64,000 nucleotides of DNA from Chiloscyllium plagiosum (GCF_004010195.1 NC_057718.1:95366852-95430851); one strand, 5' to 3'. Numbered from the stretch's first letter, positions 50,757 through 62,919 are shown. The notes: generated by a model not told the origin, from the sequence alone. A program made the numbers and translations.

Positions 50757-51290
50757 GGAGGAAGTGAGAACCACAGATACTGGAGAGTCAGAGTCAAACA
50801 GTGTAGTGCTGGATAAACCACAGCTGGTCAGGCAGCATCTGAGGAGCAGGAAAGTCAACGTTTTGGGCGTAAGTCCTTCATTGGGAGTTTGGAGGGGAAA
50901 AGGGGGGCTTAAAAGATAAATAGGGGGTTAAGAAAGGTTGGTGGGATGGTTATGGATGGATCAGGTAGGAGGTGATTTTGATATGTCAGAGGGGAGGGTG
51001 AAGCGGATGATTGGGAAGGAAGATGGACAGGTAGGTCAGGTCCAGAGAGCAGTGCCAAGTTGGAGGTTGGATGTAGGGAGATTTGGAAACTGGTGAAGTC
51101 AATATTGATGCTGTGTGGTTATAGGATCCCTAGGCAGAAGGTTAATTGTTCTCCTTCCAGATGGCGGGTGGCTTTGATTTGGCAGTGGAGGCAGCCCAGG
51201 ATTTGCATGTCCTTTGGGGATGGTAGGGAAACGAAGTGGTTGACCACAGGGCATGAGTTGTTTGGTGCATGCAGACCAGAGATTTCCCTG
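50757..51290 (-). mobile_element. Penelope-like element 3' end with family A terminus
   Basis: Same sequence family as 32006-32530. Confidence 0.78.
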
Positions 51291-53249
51291 AACGGCACCC
51301 CTTACATTTATCCATCTTATACTTTTTCTGCCATGCATATGCCCACAACTTGGATCAAATCACACAAACACCTCTGCAATCTCCCAAGTTCAACCTTCCA
51401 TCCAGCCTTTTGCCTGAAAACCTGAGAGATATTACCTTTAGTTCCCTCACCTAAATCATTTAATATTGTGAATTGCCAAGGGTGAAGCACTGATCGCTGT
51501 GGTACTGCACAAGCCACTGGCTGACACTTAGCAAAGACCCGTTTATTCCTATTGTTTCCTGTTGCCAGCAGTTTCTTTTGTCTATGTCAGCACATTACCT
51601 CCCATGCACTTTAATTTTACATGCTAATCTCTTAAATTGGACCTTACTGAAATGTATATTACACTTTCTCATTTGTGATTTAAGGCATTATACCCATGAA
51701 TGTACATGAAATCAATCATACCAAAAGTTAATGTAACTGCACTTTTGGGAAGTAAAATTAATGTGGTACTTTATGATTACTAGTCAAATAATATGAATGA
51801 GTAACAATTACATTTGATTGCAGGTAGGTACATTAGCTGAACATTTCTTCAGAGTTTCTAATTTGAGATTCTTACAATGACTAATGTAAGCTAACGACTG
51901 GAGATAAATGTTACCTGAAAAATTCTTGAACTGTAAACTCCCACTTAATTTTCAAATACAAACCCAAAGAGTAATGTTAAAAAAAAAGTCTGATGGTCCA
52001 TCAGCAACTGATAAGTTTTAACAAACTTTCCAACTTTTTCGTTCATCTCTGCCTGAGACAAAGTTATCTGTCACCTAATCCAGTCTTTTGCCACACATTA
52101 TTTGTAGCAAGGTGGATAGGGAATTCCTCCACAGTTCTCCAACAATGTTCATCTGATCAGTTCCTGAATAAGTACCCAATCACAATATTCTCGCTCAAAT
52201 AATGACATTCAGTTTATTACAATAACCTCTTCAGTGCTGTTGGCCCCCCAAAAGCTGTGTGTAATACTTTCTATAGATCATGGTATAACTTGTACTCATG
52301 CTATTTAAGTTAATCAGGAATGTAAGTAATTGTTAATCATAACAGATATTGTTATGATTTGGACCAGGATGCCAAATTTGTGCCAAATGCAGTGATCAAT
52401 AGCCTTCTTTTAAAAATGTAGGCATAGAGAGAGATCTATGGGTTATACTATTCAGATAAAGCCTTAAGACTCCATTGTTTTGAACTTTGCCATACAGTTT
52501 CTTCATGCATTGTAGATTGTATTTGAGTACCCAGAATGAACGTATGGTCAATATGGGCAATTGACTGACCAAATGTCAAACAGCACATAGCGAAGCCAAT
52601 CAAAATAAATCCCGCATGAATAAATGTGAACAATACTATAAATTACAAATCATTTTGCTTGTTTTCCTAATCCCTAGCTGTATTTATACAATCAAGTTGC
52701 CATAGTCTTACCAAACCATAGCGCTACTCTTTCATCAGAGAGCAATGACCGGTGGTGATTTAACCAGAGGATCACCATGCCTCAAGCGAGGGTAGAGGCT
52801 GAGAAGGAGAATCCTTCAGGGTAACCTCAGCTCCGGACACCACACTGCTTTGCAAACAATTCCTTCAGCCGATAACACTCTTCGATTAACATACCAAGAC
52901 ATCTGATCCTCCTGCAACCTCTCCTAATTCCTGTGAATGTTGAAGGTGGTGCATGGGATATTAATCAAGCAGGCTGCTTTGTTCAGGATCATGTCAAGCT
53001 TCTTAAAATGCTGTTGGTGCTACACCCACCCAGGTAAATGTAAATTATTCCATCATACTCCTGATCAGTTTGGGAAGATTTGTAGCTGTAACAGCTGCCC
53101 CTTTTGAGGTATTTTAGGTGTTCGAGGTGGTTTCCTCGAATTCCAGGAGCACCAATTACTGTTGTATAAGCTGTTGCATTGTTTTGGAACTTAGGAGGTA
53201 AAAAAAATTAAAACAACAGCACTTTTTAAAAGAGAGAAAGACAGACAAA

Positions 53250-56200
53250 GGCAGCGAGAACATGGTCTGTGAGAGAGGAGGTGGTAGGCAAGTAGTGCAG
53301 AAGTCTTCTGTGGCTATCCCCATTTCAAACAAGTATGCTGTTTTGGAAAATGGAGGGGGTGATGGACTTTCAGGGGAATGTAGCATGAACAGCTAAGTTT
53401 CTGGTATCAAGGCAAGTTCTAATTTAATGAGGGGAACATCAGATTCCAAGCGATCAATTGTGATAGGGGACTCTCTAGACAGAGGCACAGATAGACGTGC
53501 CTGCAGCCAGCGGTGAAAAATCAGAATGGCATGTTGCCTCCCTGGTGCCAAGATCAAGGACGTCTCAGAGGGTGCAGAATGTTCACAAAGGGGAGAGGGA
53601 CCAGCAGGAGGTCATTGTACATATGACACAGGAAGGGAAAAGGATGAGATTCTGAGGGGAGAATATAGAAAGTTAGACAGAAATTTAAAAAGGAGGGCCT
53701 TGATGGTAGTATTATCTAGATTACTCCTGGTGCTACAAGCCAATGAGGGGAGGAATAGGAGGATAGAGCAGATGAATACGTGGCTGAGGAGCTGGTGTAT
53801 TGGAGAAGGATTCACATTTTTGAATCACTGAAATCTCTTCTGGGGTAGAAGTGACCTGTACAAGAATAGATTGCACCAGAGTTGGAAGGGGACTAATATA
53901 CTGGCAGGGAGATTTGCTAGAGCTGTTTGGGAGGATTTAAACTAGTAAGCGGGGGTGGGGCCCAGCGAGATACTGAAGAGATCAATGTGAGACTAGTACA
54001 GTTGACAAAAGAAGTGAGTCAAACAGTGAGGGACAAAGCAGAGAACAAGAAAGGACTGAAATTAAACTGCATTTACTTCAATGCAAGAGGCTAACAGGGA
54101 AGGCAGATGAACTCATGGCTTGGTTAGGAACATTGGACTGGGATATCATAGCAATTACAGGGATGGACAGGACTGGTAGCTTAATGTTCCAGGATACAAA
54201 TGGTACAGGAAAGACAGAAAGGGAGGCAAGAGAGGAGGGGTTGGGGTGTGGGTGGGGGTGGAGGAGTGGCGTTTTTGATCAGGGATAGCATTACATCTGT
54301 ACTGTGGGAGGATAGTCCAGGAAATACATCCAGGGAAGTTATTTGGGAGGAACTGAGAAATAAAAAAGGGATGATCACCCCAGTGGGATTGTATTTATAG
54401 ACCCTCTAATAGTCAGTGAGAAATTAAGAAGCCAATTTGTAAGGAGATTTCAGTTATCTATAAGAATAATAGGTTGGTTATAGCAGGGGATTTTAACGTT
54501 CCAAACATAGACTGGGACTGCTATAGTGTTAAGGATTTAGATGGAGAAGAATTTAAGTGTCCAAGAAAATGTTCTGATTCAATATAGGGATGTACCTACT
54601 ACAGAAGGTTCAAAACTTGAGCTACTCTTGGGTAATAAGGCAGGGCAGGTGACTGAGGTGTGAGTGAGCGCGCACTTTGGGGCCAGTCACCATAACTCTT
54701 AGTTTTAAAATAGTGATGGAAAAGGATAGACCCAGATCTAAAAGTTGAAGTTTAAATTGGAGGAAGGGTAATTTTGATTGTATTTGGCAAGAACTTTCAA
54801 AAGCTGATTGGGGGCAGATGTTCACAGGTAAAGGGATGACTGGAAAATGGGAAGCCTTCACAAATGAGTGTCCATAGAGTATATTCCTGTTAGGATGAAA
54901 CAAAAGTCTGGTAGGTGGAAGGAATGCTGGATGACTAGAGAAATTGAGGGTTTAATTAAGAAAAAGAAGGAAGCATATGTCAGGTATAGACAGGAGAGAT
55001 CAAGTGAATGCTTAGAGTATAAATGCAGTAGGCGTATACTTAAGACGAAAATCAGGAGGGCAAAAAGGGGACGTAGGCTAGCTTTGGCAAACAGGATTAA
55101 GGGGAATCCAGAGGGTTTTTATTTATACATGAAGGACAAAAGGGTAACTAGGGAGCAAATAGGGCCCCTCAAAGATCAGCAAGGCAGCCTTTGTGTGGAG
55201 CCACAGGAGATGGAAGTGATACTATGAGTATTTTGCATCAGTGTTTACTGTGGAGAAGGACATGGAAGATATAAGTATGTGGGGAAATAGATGGCGACAT
55301 CTTGATAAATGTCCATACTACAGCAGAGGTGGTGTTGGATGTCTTTAAAGGCATAGGTGGATAAATCCCCAGGACCTGATCAGGTGTACCTGGGTCCCTT
55401 GCTGAGATATTTGTATCATCGATAGTCACAGGTGAGGTGCCAGAAGGCTGGAGGTTGGCTAACGTGGTACCATTATTTAAGAAAGTGGTAAGGACAAGCC
55501 ACGGAACTTTCGACCAGTGTACCTGACATCAGTGGTGGGCAGGTTGTTGGAGGGAATCCTGAGAGATAGGATTTACACATATTTGGAAAGGCAAGGACTG
55601 ATTAGGGATAGTCAACATGGCTTGCTGCATGGAAAATCATGTGTCTCAAACTTGATTGAGATTTTTTGTAGTAGTAACAAAGAGGATTGATGAGGGCAGA
55701 GCAGTGGATGTGATCTAGATAGACTTCAGTAAGGCATTCAACAAGGTTCCCCATAGGAGATTGGTTAGATCTCAAAGGAGAACCTCCCATTTGGATACAG
55801 AACTGGCTTGAAGGTAGAAGACAGATGGTAGTGATGGAGGGTTTTTTTTCCAGACTGGAGGCTTGTGACGGGTCCACTACTTTTCTTCATTTATATAAAC
55901 GATGTGGATCTGAGCAGAAGTAGTATAGTTAGTAAGCTTGCAGATGACACCAAAATTGGTGGTGTAGTGGACAGTGAAGGAGGTTACCTCAGATTATAAC
56001 ACAATCTTGATCAGATGGGCCAATGGGCTGAGGAGTGGCAGGTGTAATTTAATTTAGATAAATGAGAGGTGCTGCATTTTGGGAAAACTAAATCAGAACA
56101 GGACTTCTACACTTCATGGTAAGATCCTAAGGAGTGCTATTGAACAGAGACCTTGGAATATAGGTTCATAGTTCCTTGAAAGTAGAGTCGCAGGTAGATA

Positions 56201-56782
56201 GGATAGCGAAGGTATGTTTCCTTTATTGGTCAGAGCATTGACTACAGGAATTGGCAGGTCATTTTGCACCTGTACAGGACATCGGTTAGGCCACTTTTGG
56301 AACATTGCATGCAATTCTGATCTCCTTCCTACTTGAAAGGGTTCAGAAAAGATTTACAAGCAAGTTGCCAGGGTTGGAGGATTTGAGCCAGCAGAGGCTG
56401 GGGCTGTTTTCCCTGGAGCGTCAAAAGCTGAGCTGTGACCTCAGGTGTACAAAATCATGACGGGTGTGGATTGGGTAAGTAGACCTGGAGTGGGAGACTC
56501 TGGAACTAGAGGGCATAGGTTTAGGGTGAGAGGGGAAAGATCTAAAAGGGACCCAAGGGACAACTTTTACACAGAGAGTGGCGCGTGTATGGAATGAGCT
56601 GCCAGAGGAAGTGACGGAGACTAGTACAATTGCAACATTTAAAATATATCTAGATGGGTCTATGAATAGGAAGGGTTTAGAGGGATATGGGCCAATTGCT
56701 GGCAAATGGGACTAGATTAGGTTGGGATTTTTGGTCGCATTGGACAAGTTGGACTGAAGGTGCTGTACATCTGACTCTATAA
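53250..56782 (+). mobile_element. Near-full-span CR1-clade LINE (ORF1 esterase-like remnant, APE, RT, tail); inactive
   Basis: CCLPGAKIKDV and N.WLRSWC..EGF.F (CR1 ORF1), GGGVAFLI, GDFN.PNIDW, DFSKAF, ADDTK, 3' tail; many stops. Confidence 0.9.
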
Positions 56783-57139
56783 CAAGCATCAGGAAACAGG
56801 AAGTGATTTAAATGCTGTAGAATTACTAGCCTCTGATCTGCTCTTATAGCCATAGTATGTGTAGGGTTGACTGGAAATTAGTATTGGCTAGGATGTTGAC
56901 AGATGGGGATTTAGCAATGGTAATGCCATTGACATCTAGTGGGAGACAGTTTAATGCTTGATTGCTGGAGTCAGTCATTTCCTGGCAGTTGTACGATGCC
57001 AGTTTGACAGCATCCGGGTTTGGGCTGATAAGTTTTTCTGCGAATTGACAGACTACTGCAGTTCTGAGTAGTGAATGCATAATGTTCCAAACCAATCAAC
57101 AAACACTTCCATTTCCAGTCTTATAATGAAGTTCATAGG

Positions 57140-58860
57140 GGAGGGGAGGGGAGGGGAGGGGAGGGGGAAAGAGACCGAGCTGAGAAAACGATAGGTAGAT
57201 GAAGATGAGGGACAAGGTAACAGGTCAGCGGGTTGAGTCAGAGCTGATAGATCGGAAAGGTGATGGACAGGTCAGGAGGACAGTGCTCAGTTGGAGGCTT
57301 GGGACTAGGATAATGGTGGGGGGTGGGGTGGAAATGACCAAACTGTTGAAATCCACATTCATTCAGTGTGGTTGCAGGGTCCCAAGGCGGAATAGGAGGC
57401 GTTGGGTGGTAACAGTTTGGTGGAGGCGGCGGCCCAGGACCTGCATGTCCTTGAGAGAGTGGAAGGGGGAATTGAAATTTTCAGCCACAAGGCTGGGGTT
57501 GGTGGGTGCAGGTTTCGCAGAGATGTTCTGAAACGTTCTGCAAGGAAGCATCCTGTCTCCCCGATGTAGAGGATCACAGAGTGCAATGGACACAGTAGAT
57601 GACATTGGTAGAGATACAGGCAAATTTCTGTCGAATGTGGAAGGATCCTTTGGGGCCTTGGACAGAGATGAAGGGACTGGTGTGGGCGCAGGTTTTGCAA
57701 TTCCTATGGTGGCAGGGGAAGGTGCCAGGAGTGAGGTATGGGCTGTTCCTGGGGAAGTAGACCCGACGAGGGAGTTGCAGAGGGAATGGTCTCTCCAAAA
57801 CGCTTATAGCGGTGGGGAGGGAAATATACCTCTGGTGGTAGGCTGTGTTTGGAGGGGGTGGATGATGCAATGTATACAGATGTTGGTTGGAAGGTGAGGA
57901 CTGGGTAGTTCTTTCCTTGCATTGGGAGGGGTGGGGTTCAAGGGCAGTTAGTGCGGGGAGTGGAGGAGATGCACTGGAGAGCACCATCAATCATTTGGGA
58001 ATGGAAATTGAGATCTTGGAAGGAGCCATCTGGGATTTTCTATGGTGGAATTGGTCATCCTGGGAATAGATGAGGCAGAGGAATTGGGAATAAGGGATGA
58101 CATTTTTACAGGAAGTAGGGTGGGAAGCGGTGTCTCGGTAGCTGTGGGAGTCTGTGGGCTTGTCGTAGATGTCAGTGGTTAGTTGGTCACTGGAGACGGT
58201 GATGGAGAGATCCAGGAAGGGGAAGAAATTGTCTGAGATGCTCCCGGTGAATTTGATGTCAGGGTAGAAAGTGTTAGTAAAGTTGAAGAACTGTTCAAAC
58301 CTCTCGTGGGAACATGAGGTGGTGCCAATACTGTCATCAATATAGCGTAGAAACAGGTGGGAGAGGGTGGCGCTAGTGTAACTGCGGAAGATGGACTGTT
58401 CCACGTACCCGACAAAGAGGCAGGCATAGCTGGGTCCCGTGCGAGGTGCCCTTGGTTACCCCTTTGGTAAGGAGGACGCAGGAGGATTGGGAAAGATCAG
58501 TTCAGCCATGCGGATGAGGGTGTCAGTGGAAGGGTACTGGGTGAGACGGCGGGAGAGGAAGAAACGGAGTGCTTGGTGGCCTTCATCCTGGCGGATTGAT
58601 GTGTACAGGAAGTGGATGTTCATGGTGAAGAGGAGAGATTGGGAGCCAGGGGTAATGAAAATCTTGAAGAAGGTGAAGGGCATGGGTGGTGTCCCGAACA
58701 TAGGTGGGACGTTCCTGGACTAAGGGGGACAGGACAGTGTCAAGATAGGCAGAGACGACTTCAGTGGGACAGGCACAGGTTGAGACAATGGGTCGACCAG
58801 GGAAGTCAGGTTTGTGAATCTTTGGTAGGAGGTACAATCAGACGGTGCAGGCTTGCCAGG
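57140..58860 (-). mobile_element. Penelope-like retroelement (RT plus GIY-YIG), degenerate
   Basis: YLLPKIHKPDFPGRPIVS, FLRYIDD, FPFLD, YDKPTDSHSY, NVIYCVHC..LYIGETG, LLFRLGTLQP. Confidence 0.9.
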
Positions 58861-58861
58861 C

Positions 58862-59428
58862 TAAGAGGTTGCACCTGATGTGGTCTCCTCTACATCGGGG
58901 AGACAGGATGCCTCCTTGCAGATTGTTTCAGAGAACATCTCTGAGACACCCGCATCCACCAACCCCGCTATCTCGAGGCTGAACACCAAACTCCCTCCCA
59001 CTCCGTCAAGGACATGCAAGTCCTGGGCCGCCTCCACTACCAAACCGTTACCACCCAAAGCCTGGAGGAAGAACACCTTATATTCTGTCTTGGGATCCTG
59101 CAACCACATGGGATGAATGTGGATTTATACAGTTTGGTCATTTCCCCTCCCTCCACAATATCCCAGTCCCAAGCCTCCAACTCTGCATTGCCCACCTGAC
59201 CTGTCCATCTCCTTTCCCATCTATCCACCCCACCCCCACCCACCGACCCCCCCCCNNNNNNNCCCCCCCCCCCCCCCCCACTTATTTCTCAGCCCTTTGG
59301 CCCACAAGCCTCATTCCTAACAAAGGGCTTATGCCCAAAACGTCAATTCTCCTCAGATGCTGCCTGACCAGCTGTGCTTTTCCAGTGCCACATTCTCGAC
59401 TGATCTCCAGCATCTGCAGTCCTCATCA
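58862..59428 (+). mobile_element. Inverted second PLE 3' segment (GIY-YIG end plus family A terminus)
   Basis: CGLLYIGETG, EEEHLIFCLGILQPHGMNVD, then gggcttatgcccaaaacgtc and tgatctccagcatctgcagtcctca. Confidence 0.85.
59256..59262. other. Assembly gap (7 N) in a poly-C tract
   Basis: nnnnnnn between C runs. Confidence 0.99.
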
Positions 59429-60467
59429 TCTTTAGGGTTCATTGACCATATTCGGTCAAATGGTACCTTGGTGTCAAGGGCTTTCATTTTACCTCCCTTC
59501 TGGAGCTCAGCTGTTTAGTCAGTGTTTAAACAAAGACTGAAATGAGGTCAGGATCCAAGTGGCTCTGTTAGAACCCAAATTAAGTGTTAGTAATCAGTGT
59601 GCTTGCTGAGTAAGTGCCAACTGATGGCATTGTCCATGTCCTCCTCCATCATACTGCAAAAGATTCAGAATAGACTAATAAGACAGTAATTAGACAGCTT
59701 GAATTGATTTTGCTTTTTGTGAAAAGGACATTATCGGCAAATTTCCACATTTCTGGGAGAAATATGTAATCATTATGAACAGCTTGGCTCAATCCTCATT
59801 TGTTTAATTACCAGAGTATTCACTACCATTCACAGCTAGATGTGGTAGGTATGAAAGCTTACATCTGCTTCTCCTTGCAGTAAATTCAGATACGGCACTT
59901 TGTCAAATGACTTCTAGAAAGCCAAATACTATACAACTACCAGCTCCCCTTTATCTATATTATTGCTACTCCCTTAAAAAGAATAAATTAGTGAAACAGG
60001 ATTCCTCTTTCACATTGCTTAGTTACATCAAGATGTTCAAGTGCCCTACTATATCTTAAGTGATTCCATTATTTTCCCTACAACAGCTGATAGGCAACTG
60101 GTTTGCAGTTGCTAGCTTTTTCTTCCATATTCATTAAAAAAACTTGCACTCTGTCTTCTGCAACATTAGGACACCCAGTTAACTACTTTTCTGGAATGCT
60201 GACAGCCAGTTTGTGGACAGGAACCCCACATGTAACAGATAAAATAACTAAATTGCTTTTTGGCAATGTTGACCAAGCAATAAACATAGGCCAGAACACT
60301 TTTCTGAATTGAACCTTGAGATTTTTAATGCCCATCATTCTCACAGGTACAGTAATAGCTATTGGACAGACTAGACATCAGTTTCACAATACAAACATCC
60401 ACTAGACACTTAAAACAAACCTCATGTCAAATGCAAAAACTAACTTTTCTTTTATGGTAATAAAAGT

Positions 60468-60782
60468 GGGCTGCACGGTGGCTCAGTGGTTAGCACTGCT
60501 GCCTCATAGCGACAGGGACTCAGGTCCGATTCCAGCCTCGGGCGACTGTGTGGAGTTTGCACATTCTCCCAGTGTCTGGGTGGGTTTCCTCTGGGTGCTC
60601 CGGTTTCCTGCCACAACCCAAAGATGTGCAGGTCAGGTGAATAGGCCATTCTAAATCACCCATCGCGTTAGGTGCATTTATTGGGGGATAAATGCAGGGC
60701 AGGGGAATGGGTCTGGGTGGGTTACTCTTTGGATGGTCAGTGTGGACTTGGGCCAAAGAACCTGTAGGGAATCCAATCTAAA
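60468..60782 (+). mobile_element. HE1-like V-SINE
   Basis: ggctgcacggtggctcagtggttagcactgctgcc...gtggagtttgcacattctcc... tail. Confidence 0.86.
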
Positions 60783-61340
60783 AACTGCAGCCGTGATAAA
60801 AGAGAAGCAAATTGAGCACACACGTGATTTGTAAAACAAGTCATGGTCCAAGCACAAAGTGCCAGATATATACACATTGAATAAGTTAGTGGGGGGGGGG
60901 GGGGAAGGTGCACATCGCACAGCACTAATAACATTAGTCTTCCTGGTGTCAGCTCAGTGTAGCCAAACCAGAGGTTCTTCAGGCACCTTACATCTGTGGA
61001 ACTTTGATGGCACGGCATTCTGCTAAGACTTCAAGGAGGATGTGAAAGCATTCCAGGTATTGCCAAAGTGATGACAGGGATTAATAACTTGAGTTACAAA
61101 GATACATTGGAGAAATTTGGGTCATCTTCCTTGGAGAATTAGAAGGGAAATCTGAAACCAATGATTAAAATGCTTAAATATTAGCACAGCAGCCGTACCT
61201 TTTTCGTGCTTTAATAACCCCCACTGTCCAAGATCTAACGCAACTCGAGCTGAAACTTTGGCTGAGAGTGTGCGCGCAATGTGCAGCTCTCCGCAAACGT
61301 GGGCGCTCCTCTCCCCTCGCCGTTTGGCCCAGTGCCTTAC

Positions 61341-61477
61341 CTTCCTCTGTGCACTTGCACGGCCTTAAACACCTCCTCCCGCTTGAGCACCACATGGTCA
61401 CCCTCGCTGACAGGCTGGGCTCCACCGCCACCGCCGCCGCCGCCGCCGGGAGCCGGCACCTCCCCGGGCCCGGACAT
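61341..61477 (-). CDS. TRMT6: TRMT6 coding exon 1 (MSGPGEVPAP-G9-AQPVSEGDHVVLKREEVFKAVQVHRGR)
   Basis: GD.VVLKRE.VFKAVQV motif; AG|gtaagg donor; in-frame TGA upstream supports this ATG. Confidence 0.93.
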
Positions 61478-62466
61478 CAAAACCACCGTCTTCCGCACTC
61501 TCCACACGCAGGACAGGCGCCTTCAATCCATTCCCCTCCTCCCGGACCAAAGTTAATGCAGCCGGGCTACTGGTGCTCGAGTGACAGCAACGACAACAAG
61601 ATACTGATCCCGCCACCCGACCGTTCACGGCGCTCGAGTACTCCTCGGACTGACGGTTGGAAACGGACGCACGAGACGCCGGAAATGGGGAGGCGACATG
61701 CGCGCCAGTGCTGGCCGTACCCCAACCTCAGTCAACGGCTGCACGCATGCGCCCCTGCACACTTAACCCCACCCACTCCATTCTGCGCCCACGCACACAT
61801 TCCGTTCCAGGCGTCGCCACACGCTTGCGCTTGACCCAGGCCTCCCATCATCAGGCGCGTCACCGAGTGCCCGTATTGCCCCCACCACGCACGCGCGTGC
61901 GTGCGTGCGCGTCACCGTTGGGTTCCATCGCCCCGACCCATTCAAAACAATCAACGCTCGCTTTCCGGCGCAAGCGTGTCCGTCCCTCACGCCCCGCCTC
62001 TTTATGCCTCCCCTCCCCTTTGACCCCAATACCTCACGCGTCAACATCACGCAGACCCCGCCCCTAATGTTAACATCACGCACCACTGATTCGACCACCC
62101 TCACGTTCAAACGCCCTATAGGGCCCGACCCGATGCGTTAGCGCGATGCAGACCACGCCCTATTACGCACGAACGTTTATCTCCCCGCCCATGCGTACTT
62201 CCGATCGCAGCACCTTGTTCTAGCGCACGCGCGTTAGTGGTACCCACTCCCCGCTGGGACGCGGGAACTGGGAACTTTCAAATGGTTTCGCGGTTGTGTA
62301 CTGGCTGAACGGTTACTGCCTTGAAACACAATGTCTGTCAATAGGTTGGAGAGTGGAGAAAGGCTGCCTGTAATTTGATTTGGAGAGCCGTAGCCGTGAG
62401 AGTAGTACCTGCGGGGGTAGGGACAGCCTTCCCTCGCCCCCCTTTCCTCTTGGGCTATCGGCCGCA

Positions 62467-62590
62467 ATGTCGTCCGACTGGAGAGGTGCCCGGAGCTGGC
62501 GAGGGCCCAGAGGGGGTCTGGCAGGCGGATGGAGGGGCAGACCCTGGAGAGGGAGAGGAAACTGGGACAAGTCCAGAAGAGGTGCAGGAA
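62467..62590 (+). CDS. MCM8: Probable MCM8 DNA helicase first coding exon (partial gene; continues beyond window)
   Basis: gccgcaATG, R/G/W-rich N-terminus MSSDWRGARSWRGPRGG...WRGRGNW resembling MCM8 N-termini, A|gtaagt donor (phase 1), head-to-head with TRMT6 as in other vertebrates. Confidence 0.75.
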
Positions 62591-62919
62591 GTAAGTCCAG
62601 TGAATGTTACCTTGGGAGTCAACGTACCAATTCCTCAAGTGGTTCAACACTGATGTTTTGGCTCAACTTGCTCTGGGTGCTGCTCTATCTCCTCAGGTGC
62701 TGCTTCCCCAGCCTTTAGAAATCACTGGTGTCTCTCCATGCCCAGAGCTAGTCTAATCACTGACCTTGCGAGCTGCCATCGTGTTTCTATCCTATCTTTC
62801 AATTCCAGCATCCCCAAATGGAGTACTCTGTTATCTGTCTGACATCATCCTGGTTGTTTTTTTTTCAGAACAGGTTTCTGTGCTTCTGGTTTTAATGGCC
62901 TTGACTAACATCATGTCTT

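Larger units (their letters stand above)
35455..61477 (-). other. TRMT6: Gene span: tRNA (adenine(58)-N1)-methyltransferase non-catalytic subunit TRM6, 11 coding exons, 486 aa
   Basis: All 11 exons found with GT-AG boundaries and consistent phases; translation matches vertebrate TRMT6 throughout. Confidence 0.96.
61260..62600. promoter_or_regulatory. CpG island / bidirectional promoter of TRMT6 and MCM8
   Basis: Sharp rise in GC and CpG against a CpG-depleted background; divergent ATGs at 61477 (-) and 62467 (+); NRF1-like GCATGCGC, ETS-like CCGGAA/TTCCG and E2F-like motifs. Confidence 0.85.

Noticed and set aside
52335-52360. Short hairpin aatcataaca-gatat-tgttatgatt
   Set aside because: Only a 10-bp AT-rich stem; plausible by chance or a repair scar.
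61268-62718. Several 90-190 aa ORFs in the CpG island
   Set aside because: Expected from stop-poor GC-rich DNA; only the TRMT6 and MCM8 exons have motif and splice support.
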